Part shown: piece by piece, positions 9,320-20,336 of the stretch
Numbering within the stretch: position 1 is the stretch's first letter
How the letters are laid out: each line of letters begins with the position of its first letter
IMG/VR virus record: IMGVR_UViG_3300033232_000010
Location: 1-51,480 of that record
Source: a virus
Strand: one strand, 5' to 3'
DNA: 51,480 nucleotides
Notes under the pieces: model-generated
Told to the model about the DNA's origin: nothing
The model's input: only the letters and a program-made list of their open reading frames with translations
Databases searched by the model: none
Made by a program: the position numbers and the translations under genes

Positions 9320-12300
9320 ATGGCAACAGCAGGACTCTCCTTCGCTAACCCCCTTCTGGGGAAGGTAAACGTGGGGGAGGAGCCGAACCCATATGCGCCG
9401 TTCAACCCCGCGTCGAGCATCGGCCCTGGGGGGCTAGCACCTTCCGCCGCAGACATGGCTGTCATGGGGGCGTCCCTGTCTGCCCAAAGCCAGTTCACCA
9501 TGCCGGAGATGCGCAAGCCTGTGGGTATCGCATACAACGAAGACACCCAAGAGCTCTTTGTACAGGGTAATGTCTTCCGTGCGGACGACGCTGCATCTGC
9601 GCTTCAGTCCGAAGGCTTACTCAGTGGCCCCGGCACGGGGGTACCCACTGGAGGTAACTGGGTGCCGCTCTCAGAAGACGCGTATCGCCAGTACCTCCAG
9701 ACCATTCGCAACCCCAGCCTCGGGCGTTTGGCATCCAAGTCCTTTGGCCGCGGCGTCGACGTCATGCAGTCGCTTGGGGGGCGCGCGCTACAACTCGCTG
9801 GCGCTGAGGAACTGGGTGGGCGCATCGTTGAGCAACAGGAGACTGAGCTCGCCCGCACCGCGCCGTTTGAGCGGCAGTTCACCGACATCGAAAGTGGCCG
9901 TGATGCTGTCGAATGGTTCGTCGCCAACTTCGCGCAGCAAGGGCCCAACCTGATCGAGTCAGTCGTCACAGCAGGTTTGGGCTTCCTCGCGGGCACTGCC
10001 GCAGGCGGCCCGTTGGCAGGCGCAGGCGGGGCGATGGTGGGCCTCATGGGCAAGACCGCCTTCAAGGAGGCTATCATCGCCGCGGCCCACAAAAAGGCGG
10101 CAGGCGAAGTTCTTAACGCGGCTGAAAACAAGTTACTGAGGGAAGCCGCCGGTATCGCTGGTGCTGTTTCTGCGTCCTACACCCAGAACCTTGCCACGGG
10201 TGCAGCTGACATCTACGGCGAACTGCGTGAGCAAGGGGCCGACGCCGACGATATAGACGCCCGCCTGAAGGCGTTGGCTGGCTCCGTACCCTATGCTGTG
10301 CTGGAAACGCTGCCCGAGTTTTTACTGGCCTCGCGGCTGTTCAGTGGCGCGTTGGCCCCGTCTGCTTTGGCCGCTGGCGCGTCGCGCACCGCGCGTGGTG
10401 CTGAAATGCTCAAACGAGGCGCCATTGGCTTCGGTGTAGGCGGTACGGCAGAGGGGCTTACCGAGACGGGGCAAGAGGCCCTGTTGCTGGGTATCTCCGG
10501 CCAAGACCTGTCCTCGCCCGAAAGCGTCAACCGGCTGATCAACTCGTTTGCGGCTGGCTTTGGCGTCGGTGGTCCTCTTGGCGCTGCTGCCAACTTACGC
10601 AGCAAGCAACCGGAGAACCTGCTCGACCCGGCCAAGTCGCCCGAGCCGACCCCCGGGCGTGATCTGATTGTCCCCCCGGGCACCCAGCCGTCTGGCCCCG
10701 ATACGGACATGGGGATGCCGCTACGCGATGGTGCTGTACCTGCCCAAATGGAAGGGCCGATGGCACCTCCCGCGCTCCCGGCTCCCGCTGCGCCTATCGC
10801 CCCCGTCGGTGGCCCAGTCATCATGGCTGGCATGGGACCGGATGCCGCGTCTGTCACCCGGCAAGATGTTCTGCTGCGGCAGCAGGGCAACGTGCCCCCC
10901 GGCGCACCCGGTACCCAAGGGGTGCTGGACGTTTTCGGTGGCACCATCCCGGCGCAAGAATTGGCGGCGCGAATGCAACCGCAGGCCCCGTTGCCTGCAC
11001 TGCCAGAGCCGTCTCCAGCAGTAGCGCCCGATCCTCGGCAAGGGGCGCTCCAGTTCGCTGGGCCAGCTACCGCAGCAGGCCCTGTCAACACCCAGATGGC
11101 GAACCAGCTTCAGGCCATCCAAGACCAGATTCGCCGCCAGCGAGAGTTCGAAACAGCGCAGGCCCAGCAGGCAGCGCTCATCCAGCAACAGACTGATGCG
11201 CTTGCGCAGCAGAGTACAAATGCGCGCGACCTGTTCGCACTGCAGCAACAGCAAAACATGCAGCCTGCGCAGATGGCAACCGGGCTTCCCATGCGCCCAG
11301 CTGGCCCGACGCAGCCGGTGCAGCTGCCGCTGTTCCCGCGCCGCCAGCTTCCTGTTCCCAGCCGTGCCGAGGGCCTGCGCCGTGGGGTGGGTACGGGTTT
11401 ACCCTTAGATGTTGGAGAAACCCCGCAGATTGCCGCCCAGCGGCAGGTTCAAGTCCCGCTGTTTACCCAGCAGGGTGAGCCGTCTGTCGCTGCGTTGCGC
11501 GCTGCGGGGGTCAAAACCAAACTGCCACCAGCGGCACCCAAGCCGCGCGCTACCAAGACAGTTGGCGCCCGTGGTCTGCGGAAAGGGGCCAAAGTCGCCG
11601 CTATCGAGATCGTTCCAAAGGAGGCCGCGCTGAAAAAAAGTGAGCTCGCCCAAGCTGGACGCATGTGGCCGCAGTACGCCGATCCAAAAACCCAGCCCAA
11701 GTGGGCTGATCTGTCCGACGCGCAGAAGGACGCATGGCGCAAAATCGCCATCGGAGACCGTCGACCCAATATCGCGGCCACCGAGGAGATCGCCCCGCCC
11801 TTAAAAGGTAAAGCTCTCAAAGTCGGCGAAAAAGGGCTGACCCGGAAGCCTACGCTCCGAATCACGCAATACAACGACGGTACTTTTGGTATTGATTGGC
11901 TGGATCGTGACGGACGACCTGCTGTTGAACGTACGTACAAGACTGAAGCCGAAGCACGCGCTGCCGCGCTGAAACAGTTTGGATCGGGTGAGCCTATTCA
12001 AAATGAGGTCTACGTTCGTCCGCGGCCCAAGAAGGAGATCGCCCCGCCTCCAAAAGCTGAGGCAGCAACAGCCGCCGAGGTACTGGCCGAAGAAATCAGC
12101 GTAGCCGAGGCGACCACGGACATCCGCACGTTCCGCGACGCCATCCAGACGGTAATCAACTACGCGTTCTTTTTGGGCGAAGACACCAACGTCAAGAAGT
12201 TGGTGGATCAGGCACGCGCGTTCCTTGACCGCACCCAGTTCACCGATGCGCAGATGGCCGCGATGGACGAGGCATTTCTCGATGCTGTGCGGTACGAAAC

Positions 12301-15300
12301 GCAGCTGGAAGCCCAGTACAAGGGTGGCTCGCGCAAAGGCCAGCCGAAGCCGTGGTTCTCCTACGCTGTGGCCCGTGGCCTGCTGCCCAGCGTCAAGGCC
12401 CGCATCGTCAACATGCCCGCGCAGTACAAGACGAAAGCCGAGCCCGCCAGCGGTGTGATTGCCAAAGCCAAGCCGGTTGAGTCCAGCGTGGAAAAGATGA
12501 CCCAGAAGCCCGAAGCGCTGCTGGGTGAGTTGATTGGCGACCTCGTGGCCCGCATTCGTGAGTACGCCAAGCTGACCCAGCCCGTGAAATTCCGGGGCAG
12601 AACTTACGACAACGTAGTGGAGCTTGCCAAGCAGCTTTACGCTCGTGCTGACAAAGCTGGCCGCGAGTACATCGTGCGTGGCAACAAGCTCAAGGACTAC
12701 TTCAACGCTGACGGCTCGCCCAAGATGATCAAGTCCGGTGGCCGCTACATCATCACCACACAGACCATGACCACTGCCGAACAGCGCAAGCTGGAGCAGG
12801 AGCAGAAATCAGAGGCCAAGGCGGTCGCTGCTGAGCAAGCCGAATTGCGCGCTGCCGAGTTCGAGCGCGCCCGTATTGAGAAGGAGGGATTCCGTGAAGA
12901 AGACGCTTGGGATAGTACTGATGGTATGTTCTATCAAGCTGATGGAACCGAGAATCCCGCCACGCTGCCGGTTGGCCGCATCCGCCTACTGGTCAAGGGG
13001 TTCCTGAGCAAGTTGCGCATAAAGCCCAACACGTTTGTCTATAAAAACGTCGCAGACTTGAAGACGCGCAACCCTGATTTGTACCGCCGCGCTGCCGCCG
13101 CCCGCAAGGAAGGTGACTTCGACGCGACCAACGCCGTGGGCTACTCGTTTGGCCCCAATGTCATCGTATTCACTGACTTTGTTCGCACCGCGCAGCAACT
13201 GAAGTTTGTGCTGGCGCACGAAACGCTGGGGCACTTCGGCTTCAAGGGCGTGATCCCCAAGGCCCAACTCGACAAGGTGCTCAACCGCATCTATGACGTT
13301 GACCCCGACGTACAGGCCGCAGTTGATGCGATGGTAGCCAACCGTGGCATACCCAAGCTGGAAGCCATTGAGGAATATCTGGCTGACAACGCTGCCGAGT
13401 TGGACACGTCCATCGTGGCGCGCATCTGGAACGTCCTGAAGAATTTCCTTAACAAGCTGGGCTTTGAGTTCCAAGACGACGAAGCCCGCTACTTCATCAA
13501 CCTCGCCCGCAAGTATGTGCGCCAAGGCGATGCTGGCAACTTTGTCAACGCCCGTTCCATTATGGGCAACCTTGAAACCATTGCGCGCGATCAGGCCGAC
13601 GGGCGGTACGCCCGCATTTACGCCGGGGACATGGGGTCACGCGTATTCGCCGCAGGCGCGCTCAACCGCATGCACTCGTTTGGAGGCACTGGTGGCCTAC
13701 TCGGTTCAATGGAAGCCTTTGCCAAGGGCGTATTCGGCGCCCGCCGCGATGTACCCGGTACTGTGGGCCGCATCCTTGAGACAGTGCAGACGCTGGATAA
13801 CAAAGCCCGCCGCAGCTACGGCTTGAGCCAGATTTACCGCATCCTTGAGAAGCAACAGCAGTACGCACGCTCCCTGTTGTCCAACTACCAGCGCCTGACT
13901 GCGTTTACACATTCGCCCACCATTTTTGGGTTCGGTAAGGGCGTGACCGAGGAGCAAAAGCAAACCGCAGGCGAACTGCTTGCACGGGCTGCCTTGCTGC
14001 GGGCCGAGCAAGCCACTGATGACCATATTAAGTCTTTCGACCCGCTGGTTATTGTCGACGAGATGGGCAACGTCACCATTGACCAGACGGTTCGCCGCGA
14101 TATAGAGCGCGCCGGTTTCGTCACCGCCGAGGAGTTCCGCAAGGGCTTCGACATCAAGTACACCGACGGCAGCACCGTGCGGTTCCAGTTCGACGTGGAT
14201 GAGAAAAGCGCCGAATGGCGTGTCTACAACGAGATACGCAACGCCGTCAACGAAGCCGCCATCGACCTGCTGCTGTCAAACTACGAAGCCTCGCAGGCTG
14301 AGGCCAAGCGCGTGGGGGCAGACCTCAACAACAAGCGGCGTGGCACCAACGTGTTCACAGGGGAAGACCTCGCCGCCATCCGGCGCGCGGCCGCGATGTA
14401 TCAATCCAAGCGGTACGCAGGCAGTGACGTGGCGAACGCCGGGGTGGAGGTCAAGCGAAGCGCCGACAAAAACTCCGAGGAGTTCCTTGTTGCATTCGGC
14501 CGCGCCTTGTTCAACGATGACGTCTATGCTGTCTGGATGAAAGACCCCAATGCCAAGCCCGAGATTGCCAAAGACTTGGAGGAGTTTCTGAAGTCCGAAT
14601 ACGACGACCTCCGGGCCGCGCTGCCCAGCCTAAAAGCAAAAATCAAAAACGACAAAGAGTCGTTCCAAGTGCAGAAAGCCATCCGCGATCTGTTCATGTT
14701 CGACCTCCAGTCCAAAAACGCTGACTACTATGCCAAGCACACCATCCTTGGTTCCTACGTTCGGTTCGCCCGCCGCGGTACCGAGCAGGTGCGGCTTGTG
14801 GCCGTCGATGACCGCGGGAATCCAGTGGCACTGGACGAGAACATCCGCGCTGCGCTGCCGTACTTTCAATTCAACACCCGCCGTGCGGCGATGGAAGCGG
14901 CAGCAGAACTGGACAAGGAATTCGGTAGCGACAATGAATTCGTTCTGCTCGATGATCAGGGCAACGAAACCACTGTGAGGCTAAAAGTCGAAGTGTCCCG
15001 TACCCGGCAGTCTCCTGACTTGACGGAAGCCGTGAACTTCAACGAGTTTATCTACGTGCTCAACCGGCTCAACATCAACATTGCACCGGAAGCACGGGAA
15101 CGTATTGTCACGACGCTGACAAATCAAAACGCACGTGCGCGGAGCAACCTTCAGCGTTCTGGCACCGAGGGCTGGGACAAGGACGTGGTGCGCTCCGTGT
15201 CAGAGCATCTGGAGACCACTGCGCACGTATCGGCGAAGAAACTCTACCGCCACCGCCTCGACGACATCCTGCTCAACAATGCAAACTGGCTGGGCGACGA

Positions 15301-17167
15301 CCAGATGCTGGGGGACTTGAAGTCCGCGGTGGACAACGCGCAAACCGATGGGGAACGCGCACGCGCACAGCGGGCTTATGATGAGTACGCATACATGTAT
15401 CGCTACATGAAGGGTGTAGCAGGCGGCAACACCGTTACCATCGGCGGCAAGGAAATGCCCACGCTGGGGCGCGGTGAAGATTTCCGGGAGGAAGCCAAAA
15501 AGGTGCTTCGCTGGTACAGCGAGGCGACCAACATTACCGACTCGACCGAAGACCTTTTGTCAGGCGAAGTCGGTTCAATGCTCAAGCTGTCGGCCGTACT
15601 GATGCAACTGGGCGGTTCGGTCGCCACGGCCGTGGTCAACCTTGCCTCGCTAGTCACGCACTCAATCCCATACTTGTCGTACTACAACTCCGCCCGGGGC
15701 TACGGCGGCGGGTACGGCGAAGTTAAGGCCACGACTGCACTGTGGCGTGCCGCGAAAGACCTCAAGAATGCCAACCTTGCTGATGCCGCCTTTCTTGAGG
15801 GGATGCTGCGTGACGGTACCTATGACCGCTTCGGCCTGACAGAAGACGAAGCCCAGTTCTTGCTCGACCAGACCGAGCAAGGTACATTGCAAGCTGCGCA
15901 GTTCAACGCGCTTGTGGGCACTGCACGAGGCAAAATATTCAGCAACAAAGCACAATTTGCGGTGCGGGCGTGGATGTCGGCCTTCTCCTACACTGAGCAG
16001 TTCAACCGGCGCACTACGGCGCTAGCCGCATACCGGATGGAGAAAGAACGCCTTCGCGCACAGGGTATCACCGACGAGCAGCAGATCAACAGCGAAGCCG
16101 CAGAAGTGGCGCGGGTAGCCGTGAACTCATCGCAGGGTGAGTACGGCATGTTCAACCGCCCCGGAATGGCACGTGGCAAAGTGCTGCAGTATGTTTTTGT
16201 GTACAAGCAGTTCGTCATCGTGACAGTACAGTTGCTGCGTAACCTGCCACCTAAAGGGCAAATGCTGATGTTAGGGATGCTGTTGCTGGCGTCGGGCCTA
16301 CGGGGTCTGCCGTTTGCTGAGGACATCTTTGACATTGTGGACACCATCGCCCAGACGCTGGGGCTGAAAATGGGCAGCATTGAGAAAGAGATCGCTGAGT
16401 TCATAGATTCTGTGGCCCCCGGCATGACACCATATGCGATGCGCGGGGTGCTTGACAGAATGACTGGGGGCACAATGTCCACCCGCTTAGGTATGGGTGA
16501 TCTAGTGCCACTTACCGGCGCGGCCAAGGCTGGTGCTGACCCAGCGCGCGAGGCAGCTAACTTTGCGGGCCCAGTGTTCGCGGGTATTTCCGGGCTGGCC
16601 GGTATGGCTGGTGGTTTCGCCAAGTACGGGGCTGAAGTGGTGGGTCTGCGCGACGACGTGACTTCGATCAGTGGCATCATGCGTAACTCGCCTATCGCGG
16701 CTTTCCGTGCGATGGCCGACGGGCTGGCCTTCCTCGACAGCGGGATGATCACCAACAACCGGGGGCAAGTTGTGGCGCGTGAGGCACCGTACCACGTGAT
16801 CCTCGCGCGAATGCTGGGCTTCTACCCAGCCATCGCCACCGAGCAGAACGACATTGTGCGGATGTCCAAGGACGTGACGAGCTACACCAAGGCGATCAAG
16901 GCAGACTACGTAGCGGCCTACGTCAAGGCCAAGCTGGCGGGGGACACTGAGCGGATGCAGGACGTGCTGTCTGATGTGCAGCAATGGAACGAAGACGCCA
17001 GAGGCACTGGGCTGGAGATTCCTTCGTTCGCGCGCTCTGCCAACCGCGCCGCAATGGAGGCATCCCGCCCCACAGTAGCCCGGTACCTCAAATCCGCGCC
17101 GCGGCAGATGCGGCCTGAAACGATTGAGATGCTACGGCTCCACGGGCTCGAAGACGAGGTTCGTTAA
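9320..17167 (+). CDS. Giant (2615-aa) virion-associated, polyvalent-type protein with an HExxH zincin motif.
   Basis: A single uninterrupted ORF with SD 'gaggtaa'. 'FVLAHETLGHFGFKG' lies at 13217-13234. A long Pro/Ala/Gln low-complexity tract spans about 10600-11600. The C-terminal part is hydrophobic. It is the last gene of the virion module. Confidence 0.8.
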   Translation: MATAGLSFANPLLGKVNVGEEPNPYAPFNPASSIGPGGLAPSAADMAVMGASLSAQSQFTMPEMRKPVGIAYNEDTQELFVQGNVFRADDAASALQSEGLLSGPGTGVPTGGNWVPLSEDAYRQYLQTIRNPSLGRLASKSFGRGVDVMQSLGGRALQLAGAEELGGRIVEQQETELARTAPFERQFTDIESGRDAVEWFVANFAQQGPNLIESVVTAGLGFLAGTAAGGPLAGAGGAMVGLMGKTAFKEAIIAAAHKKAAGEVLNAAENKLLREAAGIAGAVSASYTQNLATGAADIYGELREQGADADDIDARLKALAGSVPYAVLETLPEFLLASRLFSGALAPSALAAGASRTARGAEMLKRGAIGFGVGGTAEGLTETGQEALLLGISGQDLSSPESVNRLINSFAAGFGVGGPLGAAANLRSKQPENLLDPAKSPEPTPGRDLIVPPGTQPSGPDTDMGMPLRDGAVPAQMEGPMAPPALPAPAAPIAPVGGPVIMAGMGPDAASVTRQDVLLRQQGNVPPGAPGTQGVLDVFGGTIPAQELAARMQPQAPLPALPEPSPAVAPDPRQGALQFAGPATAAGPVNTQMANQLQAIQDQIRRQREFETAQAQQAALIQQQTDALAQQSTNARDLFALQQQQNMQPAQMATGLPMRPAGPTQPVQLPLFPRRQLPVPSRAEGLRRGVGTGLPLDVGETPQIAAQRQVQVPLFTQQGEPSVAALRAAGVKTKLPPAAPKPRATKTVGARGLRKGAKVAAIEIVPKEAALKKSELAQAGRMWPQYADPKTQPKWADLSDAQKDAWRKIAIGDRRPNIAATEEIAPPLKGKALKVGEKGLTRKPTLRITQYNDGTFGIDWLDRDGRPAVERTYKTEAEARAAALKQFGSGEPIQNEVYVRPRPKKEIAPPPKAEAATAAEVLAEEISVAEATTDIRTFRDAIQTVINYAFFLGEDTNVKKLVDQARAFLDRTQFTDAQMAAMDEAFLDAVRYETQLEAQYKGGSRKGQPKPWFSYAVARGLLPSVKARIVNMPAQYKTKAEPASGVIAKAKPVESSVEKMTQKPEALLGELIGDLVARIREYAKLTQPVKFRGRTYDNVVELAKQLYARADKAGREYIVRGNKLKDYFNADGSPKMIKSGGRYIITTQTMTTAEQRKLEQEQKSEAKAVAAEQAELRAAEFERARIEKEGFREEDAWDSTDGMFYQADGTENPATLPVGRIRLLVKGFLSKLRIKPNTFVYKNVADLKTRNPDLYRRAAAARKEGDFDATNAVGYSFGPNVIVFTDFVRTAQQLKFVLAHETLGHFGFKGVIPKAQLDKVLNRIYDVDPDVQAAVDAMVANRGIPKLEAIEEYLADNAAELDTSIVARIWNVLKNFLNKLGFEFQDDEARYFINLARKYVRQGDAGNFVNARSIMGNLETIARDQADGRYARIYAGDMGSRVFAAGALNRMHSFGGTGGLLGSMEAFAKGVFGARRDVPGTVGRILETVQTLDNKARRSYGLSQIYRILEKQQQYARSLLSNYQRLTAFTHSPTIFGFGKGVTEEQKQTAGELLARAALLRAEQATDDHIKSFDPLVIVDEMGNVTIDQTVRRDIERAGFVTAEEFRKGFDIKYTDGSTVRFQFDVDEKSAEWRVYNEIRNAVNEAAIDLLLSNYEASQAEAKRVGADLNNKRRGTNVFTGEDLAAIRRAAAMYQSKRYAGSDVANAGVEVKRSADKNSEEFLVAFGRALFNDDVYAVWMKDPNAKPEIAKDLEEFLKSEYDDLRAALPSLKAKIKNDKESFQVQKAIRDLFMFDLQSKNADYYAKHTILGSYVRFARRGTEQVRLVAVDDRGNPVALDENIRAALPYFQFNTRRAAMEAAAELDKEFGSDNEFVLLDDQGNETTVRLKVEVSRTRQSPDLTEAVNFNEFIYVLNRLNINIAPEARERIVTTLTNQNARARSNLQRSGTEGWDKDVVRSVSEHLETTAHVSAKKLYRHRLDDILLNNANWLGDDQMLGDLKSAVDNAQTDGERARAQRAYDEYAYMYRYMKGVAGGNTVTIGGKEMPTLGRGEDFREEAKKVLRWYSEATNITDSTEDLLSGEVGSMLKLSAVLMQLGGSVATAVVNLASLVTHSIPYLSYYNSARGYGGGYGEVKATTALWRAAKDLKNANLADAAFLEGMLRDGTYDRFGLTEDEAQFLLDQTEQGTLQAAQFNALVGTARGKIFSNKAQFAVRAWMSAFSYTEQFNRRTTALAAYRMEKERLRAQGITDEQQINSEAAEVARVAVNSSQGEYGMFNRPGMARGKVLQYVFVYKQFVIVTVQLLRNLPPKGQMLMLGMLLLASGLRGLPFAEDIFDIVDTIAQTLGLKMGSIEKEIAEFIDSVAPGMTPYAMRGVLDRMTGGTMSTRLGMGDLVPLTGAAKAGADPAREAANFAGPVFAGISGLAGMAGGFAKYGAEVVGLRDDVTSISGIMRNSPIAAFRAMADGLAFLDSGMITNNRGQVVAREAPYHVILARMLGFYPAIATEQNDIVRMSKDVTSYTKAIKADYVAAYVKAKLAGDTERMQDVLSDVQQWNEDARGTGLEIPSFARSANRAAMEASRPTVARYLKSAPRQMRPETIEMLRLHGLEDEVR

Positions 17168-20010
17168 ACTGCCTTCAACTGGCCGTAGGCTAAATTGTCC
17201 AGCGCCTCGTCTGCGTCTGTCAGCATTCCTTGCAGACGCGGGTGGTTGAGGTTCAGGCCAACCACATAGGACTGGCCCAGCTTGATCGGGGTGTCCTTTG
17301 CCAGATACGCCTTGCTGGACTTGGGCGTGGCGATGATATTTTCGCCTGTAAACTCGTTGATAAATGATTTGTAGTCGGCCCCGCGCTGCGCCAGCCAGCG
17401 CCGCAAGTGGGTACGGTCAATCATAACGGTGCCCTGCCGCACGGGGTCAGGCGAGCTCTTGCGGTAGAAGTCGAAACGCACCCTAACCTCGCCACGGGGT
17501 ACGCGGTTGTAGTCCATCGTGGGCTTCTGCGTTCCGGTGTGGAACACCTGAACCTGCGTGTCGGCGTTGTCGTTGAGGTACTCAGACAACATGTCAAACG
17601 CGTCCAGCTTGAACTCGGATACCGCGCGGCGAATCGCACCTACTTGCGCCAGCACCCATTCGATTCCGTCCCGGTGGTCGTAAGCAATTAGGCCCCATCC
17701 TTTCGCCAGCTGCGCCGCCAAATCAGCGAGGATGATGGCCTGCTCCCAGTAGCGTTCCTCGCCGGAGAATTTGGCCTTGTACTTGTTGCGGAACTCAGCG
17801 GTGGCCTCGGCGATAGCTGCACGGATGCCGTCGGGCCCAAGCTCCAGCAACCGCTTGATAAACTCCCGGCCAACGTGGCCGTAATTGGCGTTGATGAACT
17901 CGTAAACCTTGCGGCCAGCGGTGCTGTCCGCGGTAAATATCCTGCTGGGCGGAACACTGATTTCAAGGATACGCGCCAACTGCGCGTCAGTGTCCAAACC
18001 ACTGGCAATAAGTTTGGAGGTCATGGACTTGTTGGTGGAGACTATCACTGGCATCGCCCATGTCTTTGCGTCGCGCTCCTCAGCAGTGCGGGTCATCCGC
18101 GCCTTGTCCCTACCCTGACTGACCCAGTAGACAAAATCGCCCACCTCACGGTCGTCCATCATGGTCACCTCGTCAATGGTCATTGGCATGTGAGCGTACA
18201 TCCCCATGCGGCCGAACAAAGAGTTCTGGGTGAACTTGGCGGCGAAGTGCAGCTTGTCCGGGTTGCCGAAGATGGACTGTATCCACATCTGGGCCAGCGA
18301 CTTGCCACCGCCTGTCGGGCCGTATAGCGAGACGGCCAGCCCTTTGAGGCCGGTAAACGCGTACAGAGGGCCAGAGAAACCAACGGCCAGCGCAAACATG
18401 TGCGCCCGGAGATCGGCCTTTGAGACCAACGCGGTAAAGTCTACCCATGCGTCGAGAGACCCGTTGGTGCTCCAAAGCTCGTGGCCCAAGCGGGCGGAGC
18501 CCGAAGCCAGAGAGATTGATTCTTCACTGACGGAACCATCAGCATTGCGGCGCAGAATCGTGTCGCCGATGACAAACTGGGAGAAATTCTCCTTCCACCC
18601 CATTGTGGTGTACAGGTTTGTCATTGCGCGTTTCTGCCGCAACTCGTCCATATATGATCGCAGCATGATTTGAAAGTACTCTGTTTGCCGTTCGGACGTA
18701 AGGACGATGCCTTGGTCGGCCGCGGTCGTAGTGAAGTCCTTGAGGCGGGATTTGGTAAGGTCAGCTTGCCGCATTACGAGCTCCTGCCACCCAGCGTGCG
18801 GTCTGTCCCAGCCAAAGCGCACCGTCTCGTATCCCAGCCCCTCGTCTTTGCCGTAGGCCACTGGGTAAATGTCGAACTTGCACACGTCGATGTCTGTCTC
18901 GTCGATGGTCATCTTGATCCCATCGGTAGTGCGCTTGAACGGACGGGGTAGGGGGATGCTCACGGCCACGTTTGCCGGGACAGTAGCCGGGGGTGCGACT
19001 TCGAGGTACTGGATACCGAGCCGAGCCGGGGTGCCCACCTTGTCTTTGAACTTGCAGCCCTTGCAGCCAACCGGACGGAGTTCCTCAAACTTCTTGCAGG
19101 TTGTCGGGCCTGTTGTTGCTGCTTTCCAGTGTGACAGCTTGCGCAGCGCCTCGTTGGCGTTGTACCCGGGGTGCTGCTCCGACCACGCGATCACTACCGC
19201 CTCAGGGTCTTGGCAGTGCGCAGCCACGCCGATCAGGGCGTACCAGAAGGGCTCCTCTACCTCGCCTTGGTTTTTCGCCCCCCAGCCGATCTGCTGGCAC
19301 TTGGTAGCGACAACGGTCGCATTGGCCGGTGGGAAGTCTTGCTGTATCTGCAACGCTTGCGCCAACCCGCTGCTGGATGCTGAGCGCGGCAGGCTCGCAG
19401 GTTGGGCCACCATGTACGCCGACAGGCACGTGACCATCTGCTCAACAGTGACCGGTTGCGCGTCGACCAGCAGCTTGACCTTGGTACCGCTCTTGGGGTT
19501 GGTGGTGCCAATAGGGCGCAGCACCCGGGCGCTGTCTGCAGGCACAGCTGGATCGATGTCGAAACCCTTGTCCCGCGCTGCTGCCTTCATTGCCTCAGCC
19601 AATGGCTTCCAACGCACTGGCTCAAGCTCCTCAGTCATAGCCCAGTACACATGTAACCCGTTGCCTGAATGAGTCACCAGCGGCTTGGGTAGCCCCATCT
19701 GCTGGACGAATTGCCCTAGTGCCATCAGCCCTTCCTTCCACGAGAAGAAAGGCTTTCCGTCACCGCAGTCCACGTCTAGCGCGATCACCTTGGTCGCCCG
19801 GACGTTTTCTTGTTTTCGGCTTCCCTTCTCAACGAACGCTGAGAGAGCGAAGTATGTGTTGTTGCCGCGCTGGTCTGAGCCGACCACCGCTTTTGCGAGT
19901 TCCTCTACCGTGGTGAAGAATCCCTGCCGCCTGCCGTCTGGATTGATGACTGTGGTGACGTAGAAACCTGTTGTCGGTAGAACCCGCTGAAGAAAATTCA
20001 ACGTGTCCAT
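17164..20010 (-). CDS. Bifunctional primase-polymerase (AEP) / SF3 helicase.
   Basis: 948 aa. 'VIALDVDCGDGK' (DxD), 'THSGNGLHVYW' and Walker A 'YGPTGGGKSLAQ'. Confidence 0.85.
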   Translation of the reverse strand: MDTLNFLQRVLPTTGFYVTTVINPDGRRQGFFTTVEELAKAVVGSDQRGNNTYFALSAFVEKGSRKQENVRATKVIALDVDCGDGKPFFSWKEGLMALGQFVQQMGLPKPLVTHSGNGLHVYWAMTEELEPVRWKPLAEAMKAAARDKGFDIDPAVPADSARVLRPIGTTNPKSGTKVKLLVDAQPVTVEQMVTCLSAYMVAQPASLPRSASSSGLAQALQIQQDFPPANATVVATKCQQIGWGAKNQGEVEEPFWYALIGVAAHCQDPEAVVIAWSEQHPGYNANEALRKLSHWKAATTGPTTCKKFEELRPVGCKGCKFKDKVGTPARLGIQYLEVAPPATVPANVAVSIPLPRPFKRTTDGIKMTIDETDIDVCKFDIYPVAYGKDEGLGYETVRFGWDRPHAGWQELVMRQADLTKSRLKDFTTTAADQGIVLTSERQTEYFQIMLRSYMDELRQKRAMTNLYTTMGWKENFSQFVIGDTILRRNADGSVSEESISLASGSARLGHELWSTNGSLDAWVDFTALVSKADLRAHMFALAVGFSGPLYAFTGLKGLAVSLYGPTGGGKSLAQMWIQSIFGNPDKLHFAAKFTQNSLFGRMGMYAHMPMTIDEVTMMDDREVGDFVYWVSQGRDKARMTRTAEERDAKTWAMPVIVSTNKSMTSKLIASGLDTDAQLARILEISVPPSRIFTADSTAGRKVYEFINANYGHVGREFIKRLLELGPDGIRAAIAEATAEFRNKYKAKFSGEERYWEQAIILADLAAQLAKGWGLIAYDHRDGIEWVLAQVGAIRRAVSEFKLDAFDMLSEYLNDNADTQVQVFHTGTQKPTMDYNRVPRGEVRVRFDFYRKSSPDPVRQGTVMIDRTHLRRWLAQRGADYKSFINEFTGENIIATPKSSKAYLAKDTPIKLGQSYVVGLNLNHPRLQGMLTDADEALDNLAYGQLKAV

Positions 20011-20028
20011 TGTGCCCCTGCTTTTAGC

Positions 20029-20048
20029 GGGAAGGGTTGCCCCTTCCC
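20029..20048 (-). promoter_or_regulatory. Intergenic stem-loop between the HTH gene and the primase gene.
   Basis: gggaaggg/cccttccc form an 8-bp stem with a 4-nt loop (GCAA on the minus strand). No U-run follows, so its role is unclear (attenuator, processing site or RNA stabiliser). Confidence 0.45.
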
Positions 20049-20057
20049 GTCACCTCA

Positions 20058-20336
20058 TTACTGGTTCAGTATCTCAAGGAGACGCTCCTTCCGCTGCTTC
20101 TGCTCCGCGGCGATCACTTCCGGCATAGGCCATTCGTGATCCGTCATCACAGCAAGCAGCCGCTTTAGCATCGCCCGTACTGCCGCGTCGTTGGCTTTGC
20201 GAAGGACTTTGCCCTTCACCCACCCATAATACGTCATACGGGACACTCCTAGCAACTCGGCCATGTCCGTAGTTGTTAGAAGCATATGCTTGCGAAGCGC
20301 CTCAACCTTTTTGAAATCGAGTGGTTTAGGCATCAT
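20058..20336 (-). CDS. Small HTH DNA-binding protein.
   Basis: 'LLTTTDMAELLGVSRMTYYGWVKGK' is a helix-turn-helix. The start is chosen at MMPKPL (20336), because the ORF-track start at 20390 lies inside the upstream gene. Confidence 0.65.
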   Translation of the reverse strand: MMPKPLDFKKVEALRKHMLLTTTDMAELLGVSRMTYYGWVKGKVLRKANDAAVRAMLKRLLAVMTDHEWPMPEVIAAEQKQRKERLLEILNQ

